DNA of 30,707 nucleotides from a virus, in IMG/VR virus record IMGVR_UViG_3300045988_168250, positions 1 to 30,707 of that record; one strand, written 5' to 3'. The notes beneath the pieces are model-generated. The model worked only from the letters and a program-made list of their open reading frames with translations. It was not told the DNA's origin and made no database searches. Shown in pieces: positions 16,318 through 23,322 of the stretch (position 1 is its first letter; each line of letters starts with the position of its first letter). A program made the translations under genes and the position numbers.

Positions 16318-17087
16318 GCTCGGTCCTCCGTCCAGGGGTCGGTCGTCTCGATTGCGAGGGGCTGGTCCGTGAAGGCGGCCGCGCCGGCTTGGAGCATCTG
16401 GGCGGCGGCTTCATCCCATGTCTGTCGGCGGCGGTTAGCGCGCACCTGCTGGTCTGCCGGGATGGTCCACCGGTCACGCTCTAGCCACCGCTGCGGGTAG
16501 ATTACCCACCGGATATCGTCGGCGGTGAGGTTTTGCTTGGCCCAGGCTCCGAACTCTTGTGCGGCGCGCACGATGGTCTCGGGGGTCTCGCGCTTGACGG
16601 CGGCCTTCCACGCGGTGTGTGCTTTGCAGCGGTCGATGGGGCGCGGGTATGCGGCCCAGAAAGCTTCAAAAGCGAGGTCGCCCTTGCCGGCGGGTGCGCG
16701 GCGGGGCTTGGGGGTTGCCGGCGCGGGGCCGGCGGGCTCTGCAGGGGCGGGCGCGCTCGCAGGCTCGGGGGCCGGTTCACTGGTGACGCTGGCCTGCTGG
16801 GAGGCGCGGATTGCGTCGGGATGGAGGCGGTAGCGGGGGGTGGTGCCGAGCCGCTCGATGCGGGTTGCCCAGCCGTAGGATTCCAGGGCGCGGATTGCGG
16901 CGCGAATCGTATTACGGCTGAGACCGGTATGGGTCTCCAGCGTGGCGAATGACGGCCAGCACTCATGTGTTTGTTCGCTGGTGAAGGTGGCGAGGGCGTG
17001 GAGCGTAATCATCTTTGACGTGCTCAGCTGTGCGCCGGTGGGGGTTCGTGTTGCCCGGAGGGCTGCCGCGATGGCTGTGATGCTCAT
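16314..17087 (-). CDS. Winged-HTH DNA-binding protein, a putative replication initiator or replisome organiser, 257 aa.
   Basis: The N-terminal HTH (LHALATFTSEQTHECWPSFATLETHTGLSRNTIRAAIRALESYGW) is followed by a Pro/Ala linker. It is the first gene of the SSB/RusA operon and sits next to the iteron-like repeats. Confidence 0.5.
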   Translation of the reverse strand: MSITAIAAALRATRTPTGAQLSTSKMITLHALATFTSEQTHECWPSFATLETHTGLSRNTIRAAIRALESYGWATRIERLGTTPRYRLHPDAIRASQQASVTSEPAPEPASAPAPAEPAGPAPATPKPRRAPAGKGDLAFEAFWAAYPRPIDRCKAHTAWKAAVKRETPETIVRAAQEFGAWAKQNLTADDIRWVIYPQRWLERDRWTIPADQQVRANRRRQTWDEAAAQMLQAGAAAFTDQPLAIETTDPWTEDRA

Positions 17088-17183
17088 CTGATTTTCCTTT
17101 CTCGCTTCTCGGTACCTCCAGCCTACCGGTTTTGTCCCGCTCGGCGCAAGTTTGCGGCATGTGAGTTAAGTCTCTTAGTTCAG

Positions 17184-17285
17184 TAAATAGTTAGTTAAAT
17201 AGTTCGGGGGTAATGGCTGGTACCCCCCCATACCAGCCATTGCCTCCCCCCATACCAGCCATTGCCTCCCCCCATACCAGCCATT
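17184..17285. repeat. Iteron-like array. It holds two copies of taaatagtt (17184-17204) and three direct 22-bp copies of cccccc-ataccagccatt-gcct (17223-17285). One inverted copy, aatggctggta (17212-17222), forms a palindrome with the first direct copy.
   Basis: Read directly. Candidate origin of replication or regulator-binding array in the divergent intergenic region. Confidence 0.6.
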
Positions 17286-17655
17286 GGTAAGGGTGGTTTT
17301 TGGTAGGGGGGGGCATTTTGGGCAAAAAAATACCCCGCATAGGCCAAACCATGAAAGCCAATGCGGGGTATTTCAACCAAGAAACCCAAAAGGTCACTAC
17401 TAGTTTACCACAGCATAAGGGCCCCGGAAAACCATGCCGGGGCCCTTATCGACTTCATCACACCTCACAAAAGGAGATGAAGTCATTATACCGCATCTTC
17501 GCAATGCCGAGTGAGTGACATACCAAGTATAGCACGAGAGCCCCCAAATAATTGGGGGCTCTCATGATGACTATTCCGTGTCCACAGCAGCAGTGACTCA
17601 ACTCCCTACCAGTGTACCACACTAGCCGGTGTGTCCAGTATCACGCCGCCGCGCC

Positions 17656-17685
17656 TTGATAATCATCTGGCAGGCGTGCCACAAT
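17656..17685 (+). promoter_or_regulatory. Promoter P2 on the plus strand: TTGATA-N18-CACAAT, with the palindrome TGGCAGGCGTGCCA (17668-17681) overlapping the -10. It drives the plus-strand operon.
   Basis: Read directly. Same architecture as P1 and P6. Confidence 0.55.
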
Positions 17686-17712
17686 GGAATTACCGACCGA
17701 AAGGAACCCCAA

Positions 17713-17892
17713 ATGACCACCCGCGAATTCACCAACGCCTTCGCAATCTTCTTCGCACTCATCACCACCGGCATGTGCGCAATCTTCGCGCTGAGTTTCT
17801 GGACATGGCGCGCCCCCCTCGCAATCACCATCACCGCCTGGGCCGGCGCCGCCCTCATGCCAACCTTCACCGAAAACTGGAAGGACAACTAA
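17713..17892 (+). CDS. Small membrane protein with two predicted TM helices, 59 aa. First gene of the plus-strand operon.
   Basis: ATG 17713 with RBS GAAAGGAA. The hydrophobic segments are AFAIFFALITTGMCAIFALSF and LAITITAWAGAALMP. Confidence 0.5.
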   Translation: MTTREFTNAFAIFFALITTGMCAIFALSFWTWRAPLAITITAWAGAALMPTFTENWKDN

Positions 17893-17893
17893 A

Positions 17894-18295
17894 ATGACCA
17901 CCGCAACTTGGCACGACCTCTACGAGCCCGCCCGCACCTCCGAGGATTTCCCCACCGCCTCCATCTTCAGGAACTGGGCCCGCCGCCCCGACGACAACCG
18001 CCGCCTAGCCACCATCGCCGGCGTACACGACTCATGGATTATCCGCCTCGCACATCGCATCCGCCACACTCTCGACTCGCGCATCCCCAAGAGCGAGCGC
18101 GTATGGCTGGTACGCACCCCCGTGCACGGCCCCGAGACCTGGGCCGGCGAACCCCTATACGAGGTTGCCCTCCAGGCCTCGCAGGAGACCGGCAGCCTCC
18201 ACGGATACGCCGTCTCGGCTCTCCGTCGAGTCGAAGCCGAGGAAATCGTCACCGCCCTCCGCGCCCTCGACGAGCATATCATCCGCCTCATCTAG
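17894..18295 (+). CDS. Hypothetical protein, 133 aa.
   Basis: ORF in the same operon. The competing ORF 17908..18312 is a Pro/Arg-rich frame shadow. Confidence 0.5.
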   Translation: MTTATWHDLYEPARTSEDFPTASIFRNWARRPDDNRRLATIAGVHDSWIIRLAHRIRHTLDSRIPKSERVWLVRTPVHGPETWAGEPLYEVALQASQETGSLHGYAVSALRRVEAEEIVTALRALDEHIIRLI

Positions 18296-18308
18296 ACAGG
18301 ACCCAATC

Positions 18309-19223
18309 ATGAAAATTCAGACTCTCCTCCGACACGGCCGCCGTAACGCCCCGGCCCCGGGCACACCCGCATGGCGCCGCTATTTGACCGCCTCCAAAAT
18401 CAGCGCGGTCATGCGCACCAGCCCGTGGCAGACCAGGTTCCAGCTCTGGCACGAGATGGCCGGCAACATCCAGCCCGACCCGCCCCACCCGGCAGTCCTA
18501 GAGCGCGGCCACATCCTCGAGCCCGCCGTAGCCGCCTGGGTACAGGCGCACCACCCCGAATGGCGGGTGCGCGACTGTGGGGGCCGCTGGTGGCAGGTCG
18601 CAGGCCACTACGCGGCCACTCCTGACCGTATCCTCGTCGATGCCGAGACCCGCGACGTCGTAGGCCTCCTCGAAATCAAGACAGCCTCCCACTCTGATGG
18701 GTGGGGCGCCCCCGGGACGGATGAAATCCCCCCCAGCTACCGCGACCAAGTGCAATGGCAGCTCCATTGCACCGGCCTGGATTACGCAGTCGTGGCCGTC
18801 CTCACCGCCCGCCTAGAATTCGCCGAGTACCACCTCCGCCGCGATGACGAGCGCATCGCCCAGATGCTCATCGAGGCAGACAAATTCATGGCAGACCTGG
18901 AATCTGGCCTAGAGCCCGACTGGTCCACCGAAGCGGGCGATTTCCAGGTCTACGAGACCCTCCGTGAGCTCCATCCGGAGATTGACGACTACACCGTGGA
19001 GGCCTCGGGGGTGACTGCGCTCGCAATCCGCCGCGCCGTGAAGGCAAAGCGTCTCGCGCAGGTGACCGAGGCCCGCGCCAAGGCCTCGGCAGCCTGGGAG
19101 CTGGAGCGTGGCCGCGCACTCACCCGCGACGGCGCAGTCATCGCCCGCCGTACCGCACGCAAGACCAAGACCGGCGAGCCCGGTGTACCCTACATCACAT
19201 TCACCAAGGAAGCAGGCAAATAA
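18309..19223 (+). CDS. YqaJ-like viral recombinase-domain exonuclease (lambda Exo / PD-(D/E)XK family), 304 aa.
   Basis: ATG 18309. N-terminal YqaJ signature: RRYLTASKISAVMRTSPWQTRFQLWHEMAG. Downstream acidic residues fit the active site. Confidence 0.8.
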   Translation: MKIQTLLRHGRRNAPAPGTPAWRRYLTASKISAVMRTSPWQTRFQLWHEMAGNIQPDPPHPAVLERGHILEPAVAAWVQAHHPEWRVRDCGGRWWQVAGHYAATPDRILVDAETRDVVGLLEIKTASHSDGWGAPGTDEIPPSYRDQVQWQLHCTGLDYAVVAVLTARLEFAEYHLRRDDERIAQMLIEADKFMADLESGLEPDWSTEAGDFQVYETLRELHPEIDDYTVEASGVTALAIRRAVKAKRLAQVTEARAKASAAWELERGRALTRDGAVIARRTARKTKTGEPGVPYITFTKEAGK

Positions 19224-20054
19224 GTGACCAAGAACACCCCCGAAACTGTAGATGTGGCCACCGGCGAGGTCGTCATGTCCCCCGTGGCCAAGTCAATCCA
19301 GACCCACGTCATCGCACCCTCCCGGGCGCAGGTCATCGCCGCGCTCCCCTCGCACATGCGTGAGGACGGCGACGCATTTTTGACCGCCTTCATTACTCAG
19401 GTGGCGCAGAATCAGGCTCTGACAAGGGCCGCGATGCAGAACGCGGCGGGGCTCATGGCGACCGTGCAGGAGGCGGCACGCCTCGGGCTGGTACCCGGTT
19501 CACCGGACTATTACCTCGTGCCGCGTGGTAATCAGGTGACCGGCATGGTCTCCTACCGGGGTGAGATGGAGCTCATGCGCCGCACCGGCCGCGTCCGCGA
19601 TTTTGGGCACATGCTCGTGCGCGATAATGACCGATTCGAGTGGCGCGGCGTGACCGAGCTCCCACTACTCCAGGAGGCCCCCGAAGGCGAGCGCGGCGAG
19701 CTCCGCTGCGCTATCGCCTGGGCCGAATACCGCGACGGGACGCGCTCTAGCATCGTGCGTGTGGACCGCGACCGCATCGCCGCGGCTAAAAAGGCCTCCG
19801 GCAGTGCGCGGTCTGCGTCTAGCCCGTGGGTACAGCATGAGGCGGCCATGTGGCGCAAAACCGCCTTTCATGAGCTGTCGCTCATCGTGGGTACGTCGGT
19901 CGAGGAGCGTCGCCCTGAGGCGCTCGCGGCGGCGGCAGAGCGTGAGGCCCTGCATATGGAGCGTGACCGCCTGGAGGTGGAGCGTATGCAGGCTGAGAAC
20001 GAGCGACTACGTCTTCAGGTGGAGCTCGCGCGTCTGAAGGCCTCGGAGAACTAA
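19224..20054 (+). CDS. recT: RecT-family single-strand annealing protein, 276 aa. GTG start abuts the exo stop.
   Basis: Matches to Rac RecT: IAALPSHM, LGLVPGS...YLVPRG...VSYRGEMELMRRTG and PWVQHEAAMWRKTAFHEL. Confidence 0.8.
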   Translation: MTKNTPETVDVATGEVVMSPVAKSIQTHVIAPSRAQVIAALPSHMREDGDAFLTAFITQVAQNQALTRAAMQNAAGLMATVQEAARLGLVPGSPDYYLVPRGNQVTGMVSYRGEMELMRRTGRVRDFGHMLVRDNDRFEWRGVTELPLLQEAPEGERGELRCAIAWAEYRDGTRSSIVRVDRDRIAAAKKASGSARSASSPWVQHEAAMWRKTAFHELSLIVGTSVEERRPEALAAAAEREALHMERDRLEVERMQAENERLRLQVELARLKASEN

Positions 20055-20069
20055 CCCCGCCCCCCCCTG

Positions 20070-20107
20070 CGCGGCCACGCCCCCGCAACCTTGGGGGTGT
20101 GGCCGCG
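20070..20107 (+). terminator. Terminator-like hairpin after recT: a 15-bp stem with one G-U pair (cgcggccacgccccc / gggggtgtggccgcg).
   Basis: Inverted repeat read directly. A weak U tract (gttgtgtg) follows. Confidence 0.5.
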
Positions 20108-20142
20108 TCCCCGTTGTGTGATGAGGTTCACACGCTCAAAAC

Positions 20143-20171
20143 TTGCGACAGGCTGGCAGGCCTGCCATACT
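20143..20171 (+). promoter_or_regulatory. Promoter P6 on the plus strand: TTGCGA-N17-CATACT, with the palindrome TGGCAGGCCTGCCA (20154-20167) overlapping the -10. Upstream of the acidic protein gene.
   Basis: Read directly. Third copy of the TGGCA-N4-TGCCA operator. Confidence 0.5.
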
Positions 20172-20220
20172 ATAGATGTGAGGCAAACAGCCAAACAAAC
20201 CAACAACAAAGGAGAACACC

Positions 20221-20511
20221 ATGAAGGCAACCATCACCGCAACCCTCAACAACCGCGGCGGCATGGAAGGCATCGCAGCCAAAACCACCGACGGCACCAT
20301 CTACATCGACCTCAACGAAACCTACCCGGACTGCTCCGACATCTACGACTACGACATGCTTGAAGCGCATCTCGCAGACCTCAAGGTATTCGCCAAGGAC
20401 CTCGCGGGAACCTACCCTTGGGATGACGAGGAATTCAAGGTTGAGTTCGGTGCCATCAAGTCCGAGGATGACGAAGAAATCGTCTGGGACGCCACCATCA
20501 CCAAGCTCTAA
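20221..20511 (+). CDS. Small, highly acidic protein, 96 aa, with about 22 Asp/Glu against 8 Lys/Arg. Candidate DNA-mimic or anti-restriction-like early protein.
   Basis: Strong RBS AAGGAGAAC. Composition was counted from the translation. Confidence 0.55.
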   Translation: MKATITATLNNRGGMEGIAAKTTDGTIYIDLNETYPDCSDIYDYDMLEAHLADLKVFAKDLAGTYPWDDEEFKVEFGAIKSEDDEEIVWDATITKL

Positions 20512-20526
20512 ACCACAACCACCATA

Positions 20527-20548
20527 CCCCCCCATTTCGGGGGGGGGG
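20527..20548 (+). other. C7-atttc-G10 hairpin between the acidic protein gene and the next gene.
   Basis: Read directly. It may attenuate or stabilise the transcript. Confidence 0.4.
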
Positions 20549-20565
20549 TGGAGAGGAACCCCAAA

Positions 20566-21150
20566 ATGGAAATTCTCAACGTGAGGCAGCACACCAAGAC
20601 CTATTTCACGGCAATGGTCACGGACGACTACGGCCTGGACCACCCCATCCGTGTACGCCTCGACAGCGACGGGGCCGTGCTCTTCCAGCTGACCACCACC
20701 CTACGAGCTGGCGGATACTCGGACACCCCCATCTCGACCATCCGTAACTTCCGCAACCTCGGCATCCTCAGCGGAGACAAGGCGACTTTTTTCGATGTCG
20801 GCCCGGCCTGCCACGCCGCGACCGAGCAGGAGATGCTAGACATCATCCGCAAGTCCAGGAAAACCCCGGCCGGGTTCGCGGGCATTATCCGCGAGATCGC
20901 GCAGCGGGTCCGCAACGCAGCCTCCGCCCTGCTGACGGCACCTGAGCCGGCCCCTAAGCCGACACTCAAGGCCAGCCCCCGTGTCCGTCGTACCCCGTCG
21001 CAGGCCAGCCTCGCAGACCAGGCCGCCGGCATCGCCTGGCTCACCACAATTCTGTCAGACACCACGCTCCCCTACAGCCTGCACGAGCAGGCACTCCGCA
21101 CCCGCGCAGGCCTCCTCACCATCCGAGACACCCTCCAGGAGACAAAATGA
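20566..21150 (+). CDS. Hypothetical protein, 194 aa. ATG 20566, RBS GGAGAGGA.
   Basis: Track ORF 20548..21150 trimmed to the ATG. Confidence 0.5.
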   Translation: MEILNVRQHTKTYFTAMVTDDYGLDHPIRVRLDSDGAVLFQLTTTLRAGGYSDTPISTIRNFRNLGILSGDKATFFDVGPACHAATEQEMLDIIRKSRKTPAGFAGIIREIAQRVRNAASALLTAPEPAPKPTLKASPRVRRTPSQASLADQAAGIAWLTTILSDTTLPYSLHEQALRTRAGLLTIRDTLQETK

Positions 21151-21452
21151 CCACCACACCCCGCCCCCTACCCTCCGTCCGAAGCTACACCGATGTGAAA
21201 AACCTGGCCGGGACGTTCAAGCCCGCAACCGCCCCGCGGAGGCGCATCCCCACCGTCACCCGGCACGAGCAGGCCCTCACACGGCATGAACGCGCCATCG
21301 TGAACCTGCGCGCCGTGCTCGCGTTCGAGCGTCGCCGCCGACAGACCATCGAGGAGGCACTGGACATGGTGAAAAAGCTGGCCTACGGGTCGGTCACCGC
21401 CTGCATCGTCCTCAGCGTCGGATTCCTCCTCCAGCTGGCCGGGGCCCGGTAG
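21147..21452 (+). CDS. Hypothetical protein with a C-terminal TM helix, 101 aa. ATGA-coupled.
   Basis: ORF 21147..21452. Hydrophobic tail AYGSVTACIVLSVGFLLQLAG. Confidence 0.45.
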   Translation: MTTTPRPLPSVRSYTDVKNLAGTFKPATAPRRRIPTVTRHEQALTRHERAIVNLRAVLAFERRRRQTIEEALDMVKKLAYGSVTACIVLSVGFLLQLAGAR

Positions 21453-21464
21453 AAGACACGAAAA

Positions 21465-21491
21465 GGCCCCCACCCTGTATGGGTGGGGGCC
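21465..21491. terminator. Bidirectional terminator at the convergence point of the plus block and the minus lysis genes. A perfect 11-bp stem (ggcccccaccc/gggtgggggcc) is flanked by AAAA on one side.
   Basis: Read directly. Confidence 0.65.
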
Positions 21492-21508
21492 TCCCCTATA
21501 CCTGCCGC

Positions 21509-21865
21509 CTAACCGGCGAGAGGAGTGTCACGATTCACACCCTGCACCTCAGTGCCGTGGTCACTGCGCAGGTCGCGGGTAGCGGGCTGTGCGGCGGGCG
21601 CGGGCATCACAGAGATGCCCGACACCACAGCCGCCGCGATATCCTCGGCGGACGGCACCTCGACAGGCTCCGGGGCCGGCGGGGTCGGCGGCACGGTCTT
21701 GACATTCGCCGCGGCCATGACGAGCGCAAAAACCGCCGGCACAAGCGGCAGAATGACATTCAGACGCTCACTGGTGATGAGCCCGTAGGCTACGGCGATT
21801 GCGCCGATAGCGGCGCACAGCTGGTAGGTTGCCGCGCGGAGGCGTGCAGCCTTCTCATAATCCAT
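21509..21865 (-). CDS. Holin, two TM helices, about 118 aa.
   Basis: Immediately downstream of the endolysin. Two hydrophobic helices and a charged C-terminus. ATG 21865 with RBS GAGGAA. Confidence 0.6.
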   Translation of the reverse strand: MDYEKAARLRAATYQLCAAIGAIAVAYGLITSERLNVILPLVPAVFALVMAAANVKTVPPTPPAPEPVEVPSAEDIAAAVVSGISVMPAPAAQPATRDLRSDHGTEVQGVNRDTPLAG

Positions 21866-21887
21866 TGTGATATTCCTCACTCTCTAG

Positions 21888-22784
21888 TTAAAATCCGGTG
21901 CCCCAAGTGGTATCAGACCGGCCGTCATTGGGGCCGACGGCGACATATCGACGCAGGCCTGCCCACGAGACATAGCTCAGCCAGACGTACCCATTAGCGG
22001 CAATGAAGCCGTCGTAATTGAATCCACGGCCGGCGGCGTAGTAGCCCGCCGCCGGGGAGTCCACCTCAGTGTCGGCGGAGACCTCCAGCCGGCGGTCGGT
22101 AGTGAACCATCCGGTCGCGTCGTGCCACACGCCCTCGCGGAGCGGCGTAGGGCCTGCCGGCGGGGTCGGGGCGCTAGGCTGGACAGCCGGCACCGCCGGC
22201 GCCTCTACGCTACCGCCGCCGCTCACGTGCGCCTGCACGCGCTCCATGAAATAATCCCACGGGAAATTGGGGCCGGGGTCGGTGTGATTAGTCTCACGGA
22301 ACACGCGGGCGAGCGCCGCGTGAGTGGTAATGCCAGGCTCACCGGCGGCGACCTGCTCATCAGTCAGCACACGCACAGGGATTTCCTGGCGAGTGCAAAT
22401 ATCCGCGGTCAGAGCGGCGACACGCTCCAGCATCGCGCGCGAGTAGTCATCGAGCCATTCAGCGCGAGACTGAGACGCGCGGCCGGCCATCTCAATCTGG
22501 ATGCCGAGGTAATTGCCGGTCGGGCCACTAGCCCAGGCGTAATCACCTTCATTCACACCCTGGACAATCGAATCATTGTCCACACAATAGTGCGCGGACG
22601 CCTGCGCGTTCGGGTTAGTGAACCAATTTCCGCCGATGCTTTCGGCGATGGAATTGCCCTCGGCGGTCTCCATGGTGTGCAGGACAACCCACTTCGAGCG
22701 GCGGTCGTAGTCGCCGGAATCCTCAAAATTGGGTGACCGCGCGATGCTGCCCACGAGCGCGGAATCAGGCTTAGCGAGATACAT
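21888..22784 (-). CDS. Endolysin: N-acetylmuramoyl-L-alanine amidase (Amidase_2 / PGRP domain) with a C-terminal cell-wall-binding region, 298 aa.
   Basis: Amidase_2 signatures VVLHTMETAEG, HYCVDNDSIV and NHTDPGPNFPWDYF. A Pro-rich linker is followed by a W/Y-rich C-terminal domain. Confidence 0.8.
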   Translation of the reverse strand: MYLAKPDSALVGSIARSPNFEDSGDYDRRSKWVVLHTMETAEGNSIAESIGGNWFTNPNAQASAHYCVDNDSIVQGVNEGDYAWASGPTGNYLGIQIEMAGRASQSRAEWLDDYSRAMLERVAALTADICTRQEIPVRVLTDEQVAAGEPGITTHAALARVFRETNHTDPGPNFPWDYFMERVQAHVSGGGSVEAPAVPAVQPSAPTPPAGPTPLREGVWHDATGWFTTDRRLEVSADTEVDSPAAGYYAAGRGFNYDGFIAANGYVWLSYVSWAGLRRYVAVGPNDGRSDTTWGTGF

Positions 22785-23296
22785 TATTTCTCCTCCTTCT
22801 TTTTGGTTTTTTCAATGTTCTTATTCGGGGTGGTGACCAACCCAAACAGGGTGTTGATGCGGCGGCGGTCGTCAAGAATCTCGTGCCGCACCTCGACGAC
22901 GTCGCGGCCGATGCTATCGACGCGCGGCACAATATCGCTGACACGATTACCGACGCCCTCGATGGTCTGCGCGACATGCTCGACTTGACGGGTGAGCGCG
23001 GCCACCTGGTCAGAGACCTGCTTGACCATAGTCACCGCGTCGGTAGCGGTAGCCTGTACCGCGTCCAAATCATCGCGCAGGATGGTGCCATGCGAATTGA
23101 CCACCTGCGCCTTAATCGCCTCTACGGCTTCCTTTTTCTCCTGGGCGTCAGCCTCCACACGCCCGAGCCGGCGTAGGATTTTCGCACCAAATTTGGCGAT
23201 GTATCCTACCGCGCCCGCTCCGACTAGGACGACTGCCGCGCCCGCCGCCTCGCCCAGAGCGGTGAGGTTCTGGGCGAGGCTGGGGTCTAGAGCCAT
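22784..23296 (-). CDS. Membrane-anchored coiled-coil protein with an N-terminal TM helix, 170 aa. Function unknown; it lies between the tail genes and the endolysin.
   Basis: RBS GAGGAGAAA. Hydrophobic segment AAGAAVVLVGAGAVGYIA, then a long helical region. Confidence 0.5.
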   Translation of the reverse strand: MALDPSLAQNLTALGEAAGAAVVLVGAGAVGYIAKFGAKILRRLGRVEADAQEKKEAVEAIKAQVVNSHGTILRDDLDAVQATATDAVTMVKQVSDQVAALTRQVEHVAQTIEGVGNRVSDIVPRVDSIGRDVVEVRHEILDDRRRINTLFGLVTTPNKNIEKTKKKEEK

Positions 23297-23322
23297 CGGT
23301 GTTTCTCCTCTAGATTATGGGT

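Noticed and set aside
17191-17397. Small minus ORFs 17191..17397 and 17195..17389, and plus ORF 17300..17518
   Set aside because: They lie entirely within the iteron and hairpin array. Their translations are dominated by repeat-encoded Pro/Gly/Trp runs. They are most likely non-coding.
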